A DNA stretch of 46,701 nt from Patescibacteria group bacterium (GCA_048538215.1 JBLYPV010000001.1:205495-252195); one strand, 5' to 3'; shown: positions 19,254 through 27,836, counted from the stretch's first letter. The notes: generated by a model not told the origin, from the sequence alone. Numbers and translations: made by a program.

Positions 19254-21395
19254 TTACCCGTTGCGTTTTTTGATAATTTCCTCTGCAACATTATGTGGCA
19301 CTTGCGCATAATGAGAAAATTCAATATTTGGTGTGGCTCTTCCTTGGGTCATTGAGCGAATAATAGTAGTATAGCCAAAAAGCTCTGCAAGTGGAATACT
19401 GGCAGTAATGACCTTATCATTACCACGATCATCCATAGATTCTACCGTGCCTCGCTTGGATGAGATATTTCCATTAATATCACCCATATACTCTTCCGGA
19501 GTCACAATTTCTACCTTCATAATTGGCTCCATAATAACTGGATTTGCCTTTCGTGCTGCCTGTGTTAGTGCTTTTGATGAAGCAATCTTGAAAGCAATTT
19601 CAGATGAATCCACATCATGATAAGAACCATCATACAAATCTACTTCTATATTTTCTAGGCGGTAGCCAGCAAGCACCCCTCGCTCCATTGATTCCAAAAA
19701 TCCTTTTTTACATGCACCAATATACTCCTGAGGAATAGATCCTCCTTTGATGCTATTGATGAATTTGAGTGAGCCATCAATTTCTACATTTTTGGGCAAT
19801 TTTTCTTCCGGGTCAACGCTCGTAGGATCAAAAGGTGCTACCCGAATTGTGACATGTCCATACTGTCCACGACCACCTGACTGTTTTACATACTTTTCAT
19901 CTTGCTCTGCAGTACCATTAATTGCCTCACGATAAGCCACCTGTGGAGCTCCCATATCTGCTTCCACGCCAAACTCTCGCTTCATTCGTTCTACCATTAC
20001 ATCAAGGTGAAGCTCTCCCATACCAGCAATGATAGTCTCCCCTGTTTCATTGTCGGTAGATATTTTGAAAGTAGGATCTTCATCTGCAAGCTTTGAGAGT
20101 GCGATTCCCATTTTTTCTTGGTCTGCTTTTGTTTTGGGCTCAATACGTACTGAAATTACCGGCATACGAAAGCCAATTTCCTCAAGAATAATCGGGTGAT
20201 CAGCACGACAAATAGTATGCCCAATTTTTACCTCCTTCATCCCTACAAAAGCGGCAATGTCTCCTGCTTCTACCTCATCTACCTCTTCTCGTTTATCTGC
20301 CTGGAGTCGCACAATTCGTCCTACACGCTCCTTGGTGCCATTAGTGGCATTGTATACTGTTTCCCCTGTTTTAATCTTACCTGCGTATACTCTAAAAAAA
20401 GCTAGCTGTCCCACAAAAGGGTCTACTTGAAGCTTGAACACAAGAGCTGCTAGTGGCTCATCATTAGAAGCCTCTCGACTAATCTCTTCGCCAGTATCTG
20501 GATTTATTCCCTTAGCTGGTGGCAAATCAAGTGGAGAAGGAAGGTAATCTACTACTGCATCCAGCACTAATTGTACTCCCTTATTTTTAAGAGCTGTTCC
20601 ACACAGTACAGGGAAAGCTTGATTGGCAATAACTGCCTTTCGTAAGGCTTTTTTCAAATCAGCAATAGCTATTTCTTCACCGCCAATATATGCTTCCATC
20701 AAATCCTCATCATTTTCTACTATTTTTTCTACCATTGTAGATCGGGCTTGCTCAGCACTTTCTCTATATTCTTCTGGAACATCATGAGCTACAATCTCAC
20801 GTCCCATTTCTCCCTCGAAGGTATAGGCCTTCATTTCTATCAGATCAATCACCCCTTTCATATCTTCTTCCTCTCCCCATGGCAACTGGATGGCAATAGC
20901 ATCACTCGAGAGACGCTTTTGAATTTTCTCGTACGATGATTGAAAAGACGCCCCTGTACGATCAAGCTTATTGATAAAACATAATCGAGGTACATTCCCC
21001 TCGGCTGCATATCGCCAATTTGTCTCCGTTTGTGGCTCTACTCCTGCCACCCCATCAAATACCACTACCGCACCATCAAGAACACGCATAGAGCGCTGTA
21101 CCTCTGAGGTAAAATCAATGTGCCCAGGAGTATCGATTATATTGAAATAGGTATGCAATGATTTGTCATCGGCATTATAAGTGGGTTGCCAAGAACAAGA
21201 AATAGCTGCTGCAGTAATGGTAATACCTCGCTCGCGCTCTTGATCCATCCAGTCGGTTTGGGCTTCTCCATCGTGAGTTTCCCCCACCTTATGGGTCTTT
21301 CCCGTATAGTACATAATGCGCTCTGATGTGGTCGTCTTGCCAGCATCTACATGGGCGACGATTCCAAAATTGCGTAGGTTTGATAAATTAGACAT
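19254..21395 (-). CDS. fusA: elongation factor G
   Basis: NFGIVAHVDAGKTT, DTPGH and NKLD motifs, with full five-domain length. Confidence 0.95.
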   Translation of the reverse strand: MSNLSNLRNFGIVAHVDAGKTTTSERIMYYTGKTHKVGETHDGEAQTDWMDQERERGITITAAAISCSWQPTYNADDKSLHTYFNIIDTPGHIDFTSEVQRSMRVLDGAVVVFDGVAGVEPQTETNWRYAAEGNVPRLCFINKLDRTGASFQSSYEKIQKRLSSDAIAIQLPWGEEEDMKGVIDLIEMKAYTFEGEMGREIVAHDVPEEYRESAEQARSTMVEKIVENDEDLMEAYIGGEEIAIADLKKALRKAVIANQAFPVLCGTALKNKGVQLVLDAVVDYLPSPLDLPPAKGINPDTGEEISREASNDEPLAALVFKLQVDPFVGQLAFFRVYAGKIKTGETVYNATNGTKERVGRIVRLQADKREEVDEVEAGDIAAFVGMKEVKIGHTICRADHPIILEEIGFRMPVISVRIEPKTKADQEKMGIALSKLADEDPTFKISTDNETGETIIAGMGELHLDVMVERMKREFGVEADMGAPQVAYREAINGTAEQDEKYVKQSGGRGQYGHVTIRVAPFDPTSVDPEEKLPKNVEIDGSLKFINSIKGGSIPQEYIGACKKGFLESMERGVLAGYRLENIEVDLYDGSYHDVDSSEIAFKIASSKALTQAARKANPVIMEPIMKVEIVTPEEYMGDINGNISSKRGTVESMDDRGNDKVITASIPLAELFGYTTIIRSMTQGRATPNIEFSHYAQVPHNVAEEIIKKRNG

Positions 21396-21488
21396 AAATG
21401 ATTACTAAACTATTCTTTTTATAATGTTTGACACTATCATAGTATAGTACTATGAAATACGGCAAGAAGTATACCAAAATAACACATA

Positions 21489-21532
21489 TTAGCAATCAAA
21501 AACCCAGTATTACCTAGGTTTTTGATTGCTAA
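21489..21532 (-). terminator. rho-independent terminator after the small ORF
   Basis: 16-bp perfect stem ttagcaatcaaaaacc / ggtttttgattgctaa with a 12-nt loop. Confidence 0.7.
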
Positions 21533-21549
21533 TAATCTTAAACTACTTT

Positions 21550-21843
21550 TTAAATGCCTCGTGAGCGAGTACAGAGAGTGTACTGAGTATTGTACACGGC
21601 AATTTGATCTATCTGAATAGGTGGCTGTCCCTCTTCTAGATTTTTATTAGCTTCCTGGGCTTGAGCTGCTGCATTTTGAGCTGTAGCCAGTGCTTCGGTG
21701 TGACAAGCCTTAGTAGCCAATGCACGATTAAGTGGGGTAACCCCAAATGAATAAATGATTGACAATCCAATGAGCGCCATAAAGATATACTTAATAGTAT
21801 GTCCAAGTCTGCCCATACACTTCATATTTACTAAATTCTTCAT
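21550..21843 (-). CDS. hypothetical small membrane-anchored protein
   Basis: 97 aa with one TM helix (IFMALIGLSIIYSF), an Ala/Gln-rich helical segment and two Cys. TGACTATAAT lies 6 nt upstream of the ATG. Confidence 0.5.
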   Translation of the reverse strand: MKNLVNMKCMGRLGHTIKYIFMALIGLSIIYSFGVTPLNRALATKACHTEALATAQNAAAQAQEANKNLEEGQPPIQIDQIAVYNTQYTLCTRSRGI

Positions 21844-21867
21844 ATGATTATTATAGTCAGCATAAAT

Positions 21868-21899
21868 GAAAACTCAAGAGCAAATACTCTCGAGTTTTC
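21868..21899 (-). terminator. terminator after rpsG
   Basis: 13-bp stem gaaaactcaagag / ctctcgagttttc. Its single mismatch becomes a G-U wobble on the minus-sense RNA. Confidence 0.6.
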
Positions 21900-21923
21900 C
21901 ACTTGTGAATAAGTAGCTTGCAT

Positions 21924-22394
21924 TTACCAAGCAAAATGGGCGAATGCTTTGTTGGCTTCAGCCATTTTATGAGTATTGATCTTTTTGTTAACAGCCGTAC
22001 CCTCATTTTTGCTAGCAAGAATAAGCTCGTCTGCTAATCTCTCTTTCATTGCTTTTCCTTTACCGCTCCGAGCAGCATCAATAATCCATCGCATAGCAAG
22101 AGATACTTGTCGTTCGACTTTTACAGGAATGGGAACCTGATAATTAGCACCTCCTACACGGCGAGATTTTACCTCCATCTCTGGCCCAGCATTTTTCATA
22201 GCATCCTCAAAAACTACCATTGGATTATCTACCCCCTCCCGCTCTTTAATAATATCAAAAGCACCATATACAATTGATTCAGCTACCCCTTTTTTGCCAT
22301 CCCACATTATATAATTGATGAATTGGGATACTTTTTTTGAATTATATACTCTATCTGGACTCAGATGATTTATTTTTTTGTGTGGTTTTCGCAT
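21924..22394 (-). CDS. rpsG: 30S ribosomal protein S7
   Basis: Full-length S7 match (PDRVYNS...VKSRRVGGANYQVP...AFAHFAW). Confidence 0.97.
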   Translation of the reverse strand: MRKPHKKINHLSPDRVYNSKKVSQFINYIMWDGKKGVAESIVYGAFDIIKEREGVDNPMVVFEDAMKNAGPEMEVKSRRVGGANYQVPIPVKVERQVSLAMRWIIDAARSGKGKAMKERLADELILASKNEGTAVNKKINTHKMAEANKAFAHFAW

Positions 22395-22437
22395 AAGATT
22401 CTATCGTTATCTATATCAGCTATATCTATTTTTATTA

Positions 22438-22851
22438 CTAATTTCCTTTTGGCTTTTTGGCTCCGTATTTTGAACGTGAGTTGAGTCGCTTGTCTACTGG
22501 CTGAGCGTCAAGCTTTCCGCGCACTACGGTGTAGCGCACATTAATATCCTTTACTCGCCCACCACGCACAAGTACGACTGAGTGCTCTTGTAAATTGTGG
22601 CCTTCACCAGGAATGTAGGCAGTGATCTCTTTGTTGTTTGTCAATCGCACACGAGCAATTTTTCGAACAGCAGAGTTTGGCTTGCGGGGATTAGTGGTGG
22701 TAACCTTGACACATACACCTCGTTTGTATGGTGATGGGTATTGAGTAGGAGTATTTTTAAGTAAATTAAAACCTTGTCCCAACATAGGAGCTTTTGATTT
22801 TCTAGTACGCAGATTGCGCCCTTTTCGTATTAGTTGATTAGTGGTTGCCAT
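22438..22851 (-). CDS. rpsL: 30S ribosomal protein S12
   Basis: [12 protein letters not shown]...[13 protein letters not shown]...[10 protein letters not shown]. Confidence 0.97.
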   Translation of the reverse strand: MATTNQLIRKGRNLRTRKSKAPMLGQGFNLLKNTPTQYPSPYKRGVCVKVTTTNPRKPNSAVRKIARVRLTNNKEITAYIPGEGHNLQEHSVVLVRGGRVKDINVRYTVVRGKLDAQPVDKRLNSRSKYGAKKPKGN

Positions 22852-22979
22852 AATGATTTATTTTACAAGCCCGCAAAGAGCCAAAATATGGCGAGAAGTA
22901 TAACAAATGTTACTTATAATGCAAGAATATCTATGCAACAAGACTGGAATAAACCGGCTCGACACCTAATTCATCATTT

Positions 22980-24404
22980 TTATTGCACTTTTTCTTTCAA
23001 AATTTTAGTCAGTATTTGAGGATTGGCACTCCCCCCTGATTTTTTCATTGCTTGCCCTACAAAAAATCCTATGAGCTTCTCCTCACCTGCCTTGAATTGT
23101 TCAAATTGTTTAGGATTATCATTGATAATGTCTTCAACTAACGCTTGCATGCTCCCCTCATCATTTTGCTGAATGAGATTCTGCTTGAGAGCTATATTTC
23201 GAGCTTCGCCTCCATTTTGATACATATGCAATAATACATCTTTTGTGCCACGGGATGACAGCTCCCCTGCTTCATTCATAGCAATGAGCTCATGCATTGC
23301 TTGGGCTGATATATTTTCCCATTTACCAACTATCTCATCATCAGCATCTAATCCAGCTAAATCGGATACTATGTAATTAGCAAGCTTGCGAGCAAAATCT
23401 GTAGACTCGTTCATCAAAGCAGTACTGAAAAGCACATCCGATTGTGGAGTACGTACAAAATATTCTACTGTTTCCTCGGGTAGATTATATTCTAAATAGC
23501 GATTGCGCTTGTGCCACGGAAGCTCTGGGAGCGATGCTTCGATCTGCTGGTGATCAAACTCTGGAATCTCATCCAATTGATACTTAGGAATATCTGGATC
23601 TGGAAAATAGCGATAGTCATCGGCAGTTTCTTTTACCCTCTGTGAAAATGTTTCCTGCTTCTGCTCGTCCCAACCACGAGTTTCTTTTATCTGTACTCCC
23701 CCGCTATTGTAAAGCTCGGTCTGACGATTAATTTCGTACTCTATTGCCTGCTCAACAATACGAAATGAATTAAGGTTTTTAATTTCTACCGCTGGATTAA
23801 AATTTTCTTTTCGACGCTCCGGATCTGTTGTGAGCGATATATTTGCCTCAATCCGCATCTCTCCGCGTTCCAAATTAGCTCCACCAATTCCTAGGGTACG
23901 AATGAGAAGCTGTAATTCTCGTGCAAATTCACTGGCTTGCTCGGCTGTATGTATTACCGGCTCTGTTACAAGCTCCATCAGTGGCACCCCCGATCGATTA
24001 AAATCTACCAAGGAATGCTCTCCATCATGATTGGAGGTAGCAGTATCTTCCTCAAGATGAATTCGAGTAATATCGATATTTTTCAATTTACCTCCTGAAA
24101 CAAGTGGGTATTTGTACTGGGAAATCTGATAGGCTTTGGGCATATCTGGATAAAAGTAATTTTTTCTATCAAACTCAGTAAAATGAGCAAGCTCTGCTTC
24201 TAAAGCTACTCCCATTTGTAATACCTTGCGGACTGCTTCGAAATTCACATAAGGCAAAGCTCCCGGCTGTCCTGTACACACCGGGCAAATATGAGTATTC
24301 GCCTCGCTTGCAAAAGGATCATTGGCACATCGGCAAAACATTTTGCTCTTAGTGTTTATTTCAGCATGAACCTCGAGCCCAATGACAGGATAGTAAGTAG
24401 TCAT
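22980..24404 (-). CDS. gatB: Asp/Glu-tRNA amidotransferase subunit B
   Basis: VIGLEVHAEINTKSKMFC, LEEDT and ANISL motifs plus the C-terminal GatB/YqeY domain. Confidence 0.95.
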   Translation of the reverse strand: MTTYYPVIGLEVHAEINTKSKMFCRCANDPFASEANTHICPVCTGQPGALPYVNFEAVRKVLQMGVALEAELAHFTEFDRKNYFYPDMPKAYQISQYKYPLVSGGKLKNIDITRIHLEEDTATSNHDGEHSLVDFNRSGVPLMELVTEPVIHTAEQASEFARELQLLIRTLGIGGANLERGEMRIEANISLTTDPERRKENFNPAVEIKNLNSFRIVEQAIEYEINRQTELYNSGGVQIKETRGWDEQKQETFSQRVKETADDYRYFPDPDIPKYQLDEIPEFDHQQIEASLPELPWHKRNRYLEYNLPEETVEYFVRTPQSDVLFSTALMNESTDFARKLANYIVSDLAGLDADDEIVGKWENISAQAMHELIAMNEAGELSSRGTKDVLLHMYQNGGEARNIALKQNLIQQNDEGSMQALVEDIINDNPKQFEQFKAGEEKLIGFFVGQAMKKSGGSANPQILTKILKEKVQ

Positions 24405-24454
24405 AATTATTGTATTGTATCAAACAAACATAATATCTCTAATATACCTAGTAA

Positions 24455-25072
24455 TTAGAACAACCAAGCAAATAATTGAATAAAGCCTACGGCCGTAATT
24501 ATATTAAATATCATATTTGCTGAAAATGATATAGCAAAAATAATACCTATCCGATATCGCATTATTCCAAGTGGAACCATCATTAATTCAAATGGAAGAG
24601 GCACTAATGATCCAAAAAAGAAAGTGAAAATAAGTGGTCCATAATAGCTTCTCTCTCGAATGGATTGCAAAAAATTAAGAACTCCAAGTGTATCTACTTT
24701 ATCGAATCTGCTTATATAGCGACCTATTAAAAATCCTATAATATCTGCGGATGACATCCCTATGCTCATTACTATTACAGAAGGCCAAAACTGAAACCCC
24801 CCATCTAGTAAAACAGGCATAAATGATGTTGGTACAAAAGGTATAATTAAATTAAAGCCATTAACAAACGAAAAGAGAAAGAGCCCGAGGTATCCAATGT
24901 CATAAATCATACCGATCAATTGTTTTGATTCAATAATTACATACTGAGCATAAAGAATGAACACTAATATAACAGAAGCTAAAAGTGCCTGAAAAAAAAG
25001 CCTATATTGAGAAATAAAATTCACCACCTCAGCATACCTTACCCATAAGTAAAAAGAAAACCCACCGAGCAA
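24455..25072 (-). CDS. polytopic membrane protein, possibly VTT/DedA-TVP38-like
   Basis: 5-6 TM helices; the GMSSADIIGFLIGRYISR segment resembles the VTT domain. The ORF-track start is a TTG inside the upstream terminator hairpin, so the true start is probably downstream (GTG near 25027 or ATG 24910). Confidence 0.45.
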   Translation of the reverse strand: MLGGFSFYLWVRYAEVVNFISQYRLFFQALLASVILVFILYAQYVIIESKQLIGMIYDIGYLGLFLFSFVNGFNLIIPFVPTSFMPVLLDGGFQFWPSVIVMSIGMSSADIIGFLIGRYISRFDKVDTLGVLNFLQSIRERSYYGPLIFTFFFGSLVPLPFELMMVPLGIMRYRIGIIFAISFSANMIFNIITAVGFIQLFAWLF

Positions 25073-25080
25073 GCGGTGGG
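25061..25080 (-). terminator. rho-independent terminator after the acidic-repeat gene
   Basis: cccaccg-agcaag-cggtggg. On the minus strand it is followed by TTTTCTTTTT. Confidence 0.65.
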
Positions 25081-25110
25081 TTTTTATAAGACTATCCTGC
25101 CTAATTAGGT

Positions 25111-26640
25111 TTAGAGCTCGTCTTCTGCTTCTTCTGCTTTCTCCTTTGCTTCTTGTGCTTTTTCTATGGCCTCATCCCAATCTTCATCACCATAAGCATC
25201 TTCTGCCTCGTCAAGAAGGTCTTCTGCCTCTTCAAGCAAATCTTCGGCATCATCTGTATCCTCATCATTATCTTTAGCGTCATCAATGGCATCCTGAGCG
25301 TCATCAATGGCATCCTGAGCGTCATCGATTGCGTCTTCAGCATCTTCTTCTTTATCGCTATCATCATCCTGTGCATCTTCAAGCTCCTCTCGTGCGTCTT
25401 TGGCTAATTCAATAGCTTCTTCAGCCTTCTCTACTGCTCTCTCCCAATCTTCATCATCTTGTGCCCATTTAGCTTGAGTAAGCTTTACTTCTGCTTTACC
25501 AAGAATACTTTCTGCTCTACCCGTATCGTCACCATCGTCTTCGGCCTCATCGATTTCATCTTGCACATCGTCAATGATTGATTCTGCGTCATCGATTGCG
25601 TCTTGAGCTCCATCCTCATCTTCATCGTAATCAATGTCGTCATCGTCGTCAGTATCTTCTCCTCGTGCATCCTCTAGAGCATCTTCTCCTTCCCACACCA
25701 GCTCAATTGCCTCCTGAGCATCTCGAATTGCATCTTCCCACTCCTCATCATCAAAATTTCCTTCGGCATCATCAAGCTTATCTTTTGCATCATCAAGTGC
25801 ATCTTCTGCATCACTAGTATCTATGCCATCATCCTTAGCTTCATCAATCTCTTCTTCTAAGTCATCGATAGCATCTTGGGCATCATCAATGGCATCTTCT
25901 GCTCCATCTTCATCTTCGTCATAATCTTCTACTTCTCGATCATCCTCCTCGTCTTCGTATTCCTCGTCATCTTCGTCACCATTACTTACAACATTCTGAG
26001 CTTTTTCAGAATAATCAAGAGCTACCGCCGCTCCAAGAATGACCTGCGCGTCATCTCCATCTAAAAATCCGAAAAGCATATCAAAAAGTGCTCCTAATGC
26101 TTTATCCATATACTCTCGGGCACTCTTGGGAACATTTTTTGTATCTTCTAAAATACCCTGGGTATTTTCTACCTCCATAAGAGTATTGGTGACCACTGTA
26201 ATCATCTGGGTGTTTGCACCTAGGGAAGATCCATTGTTTGAGCTGTTTGAGCTTGATCCAGAATTTGTGGATGTACCCTCTTGTAATTTATAAAATAGGG
26301 CTTGAGAAGCTGGGCCAAAGACTCCATTAGCTCCTGATAGATTATTATCTTGTTGCCAACGCAAAACAGCAGCGCGAGTCTTCCCTCCATACATTGTTGT
26401 TTCATTCCCCGGGGAGCCAGCGCCATTTTTAGATACTACAAACCCATTATCATTGAGATATTCCTGTAAACATTTAATGTCTTTACCTGCTGATACTCCC
26501 ACATAGAGACTACGATTAAATTCGCAGTCTGCTGCCTGCGACACAGATGGCATCAACAAAACAAACAAGGCCAAAGCACCAACAACTACTAATTGAACAG
26601 TATTAATAATTCTAAAATCTAATGTATGTGTGCGTGTCAT
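25111..26640 (-). CDS. secreted or anchored peptidoglycan-binding-domain protein with a C-terminal poly-acidic triple repeat
   Basis: Hydrophobic N-terminus. PG_binding_1-like segment CLQEYLNDNGF...GKTRAAVLRWQQDNNL. About 148 of residues 221-515 are D/E by hand count, arranged in three modules of about 90 aa. Start placed at the ATG 26638-26640 (TGATATTAT 8 nt upstream); the ORF-track start is a GTG. Confidence 0.75.
   Translation of the reverse strand: MTRTHTLDFRIINTVQLVVVGALALFVLLMPSVSQAADCEFNRSLYVGVSAGKDIKCLQEYLNDNGFVVSKNGAGSPGNETTMYGGKTRAAVLRWQQDNNLSGANGVFGPASQALFYKLQEGTSTNSGSSSNSSNNGSSLGANTQMITVVTNTLMEVENTQGILEDTKNVPKSAREYMDKALGALFDMLFGFLDGDDAQVILGAAVALDYSEKAQNVVSNGDEDDEEYEDEEDDREVEDYDEDEDGAEDAIDDAQDAIDDLEEEIDEAKDDGIDTSDAEDALDDAKDKLDDAEGNFDDEEWEDAIRDAQEAIELVWEGEDALEDARGEDTDDDDDIDYDEDEDGAQDAIDDAESIIDDVQDEIDEAEDDGDDTGRAESILGKAEVKLTQAKWAQDDEDWERAVEKAEEAIELAKDAREELEDAQDDDSDKEEDAEDAIDDAQDAIDDAQDAIDDAKDNDEDTDDAEDLLEEAEDLLDEAEDAYGDEDWDEAIEKAQEAKEKAEEAEDEL
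25276..25338 (-). repeat. 21-bp in-frame tandem repeat (two exact copies plus one diverged) encoding DAIDDAQ heptads
   Basis: agcgtcatcaatggcatcctg occurs at 25276-25296 and again at 25297-25317. A diverged third unit agcgtcatcgattgcgtcttc follows. Confidence 0.85.
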
Positions 26641-26722
26641 ATACCCATATAATATCACACTCTCTTTAAAATTCTTCCTTATAAATATCTACATGAAAGA
26701 CCCTTATACACAGATATTCGAA

Positions 26723-27277
26723 TTATTTTTTGTAGGTACGCACCCTAAATGCAAGATATACCAGCACCGAGATTCCTACCATAAGTGTAAGTGACATTAG
26801 AGGAATAGTGACAAAGCCCCAAACAAGGATTGGCGAATCAGTGCAAGACGGAAGCAACCCGCCACCACAAGGAGCGATGACCGACACTTCACGAATAATC
26901 GCCTGGTAGTGTAAGTAGTAATGATACAGTGCTACCACTGAAGTGAGAATAATAAAAAGTATTATAAATATTTCTGCCCGTACAATGCGCCAATAGCCCG
27001 CAGCAAGAGCTGTAATAGCTATAGGGATAATGAATATTCGTTGCCACCAGCAAAGCTCACAGACTGCAGTGTGGTAGATATATTCATAGGCCAAAGCTCC
27101 AATAATCCCACCCACTGTAAGTACTCCAATTGCCCAAATATAATAATAGTAATCAATAGATAAAAGAAAATTGCGTACTTGTGCTGAAGTAGCATAGGCA
27201 AGTACGAGTATTACACTAAAGCTTAGTAGTAGAACAAGGGCAAGAGATACTAATAATGAATATGTTTCAAGTGTCAT
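26723..27277 (-). CDS. DsbB/BdbC-family disulfide bond formation protein
   Basis: 4 TM helices, CELCWWQR active-site motif in the first loop, second Cys pair (PCGGGLLPSC). Confidence 0.7.
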   Translation of the reverse strand: MTLETYSLLVSLALVLLLSFSVILVLAYATSAQVRNFLLSIDYYYYIWAIGVLTVGGIIGALAYEYIYHTAVCELCWWQRIFIIPIAITALAAGYWRIVRAEIFIILFIILTSVVALYHYYLHYQAIIREVSVIAPCGGGLLPSCTDSPILVWGFVTIPLMSLTLMVGISVLVYLAFRVRTYKK

Positions 27278-27541
27278 AGGTATAAGTATAAACTATTAGC
27301 GAAAGAATTACTAAATATAAGGCTATGCATATCTACACTTAGTAGACAAAGATAAAATTATCAAGCGACCATGGTCTTCATAGCTCCCCGTGCTAAAGTT
27401 GCATTACATAGAGAAATTACTATAATGCCAGGCACACGATACACTTGATACACGGCAATCAAATAAATCTGTTGGTGAATACAATATTTGATTCTTGTGT
27501 ACAAATATATCTGCCTGTTCTTTTCATTTCGTATATAGCGC

Positions 27542-27612
27542 TGCCGGATCGTCTAATGGTAGGACGCTTGGTTTTGGTCCAAGTAATCTAGGTTCGAGTC
27601 CTAGTCCGGCAG
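27542..27612 (+). tRNA. tRNA-Gln (anticodon TTG)
   Basis: Cloverleaf TGCCGGA/TC/GTCT-AATGGTA-GGAC/G/CTTGG-TTTTGGT-CCAAG/TAAT/CTAGG-TTCGAGT-CCTAG/TCCGGCA/G. U1:A72 and G73 are typical of bacterial tRNA-Gln. No CCA encoded. Confidence 0.9.
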
Positions 27613-27654
27613 CACTGTATATGAAATGAATAAATATAATCTGGATTTGCTCTC

Positions 27655-27728
27655 GGGCGATTAGTTAAGTGGCATAATAGCGGTCTCCAAAACCGCGGTC
27701 GGGGGTTCGATTCCCTCATCGCCCGCCA
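27655..27728 (+). tRNA. tRNA-Trp (anticodon CCA), CCA end encoded
   Basis: GGGCGAT/TA/GTTA-AGTGGCA-TAAT/A/GCGGT-CTCCAAA-ACCGC/GGTC/GGGGG-TTCGATT-CCCTC/ATCGCCC/G/CCA. Confidence 0.95.
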
Positions 27729-27801
27729 TAGGAACAACCTGTATCCACCTTCGGTATGTAATATCAGAGACCGCGCGGTCTCACTGATTCTCCACCTGCC
27801 A

Positions 27802-27836
27802 CGGTCGGGGGTTCGATTCCCTCATCGCCCGCCATA
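27802..27836 (+). pseudogene. duplicated 3' half of tRNA-Trp (variable loop, T-arm, 3' acceptor strand, CCA, plus 2 nt)
   Basis: 35 nt identical to 27696-27730. No matching 5' acceptor strand (GGGCGAT) in the 71 nt between the copies. Confidence 0.7.

Noticed and set aside
25153-26293. Many alternative-frame and antisense ORFs (for example 25153-25407 +, 25578-25817 +, 25876-26064 +, 25164-25382 -)
   Set aside because: They are artefacts of the GAT/GAA-rich repetitive coding sequence of the acidic protein. Their translations are low-complexity strings with no independent start signals.
27278-27541. 264-nt non-coding gap between dsbB and tRNA-Gln, examined for a small gene or ncRNA
   Set aside because: Only a 25-codon ORF (ATGGTCTTC...TGA) with no start signals is present, and I saw no strong secondary structure. 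The gap is most simply the divergent promoter region for dsbB and the tRNA cluster.
27731-27836. Possibility that the second T-arm/acceptor copy is a functional second tRNA, a split tRNA half, or an intron-containing tRNA
   Set aside because: No 5' acceptor strand complementary to ATCGCCC and no D-arm can be found in the preceding 71 nt. The intervening segment is far too short for a group I intron. It is reported as a duplication or att-like scar instead.
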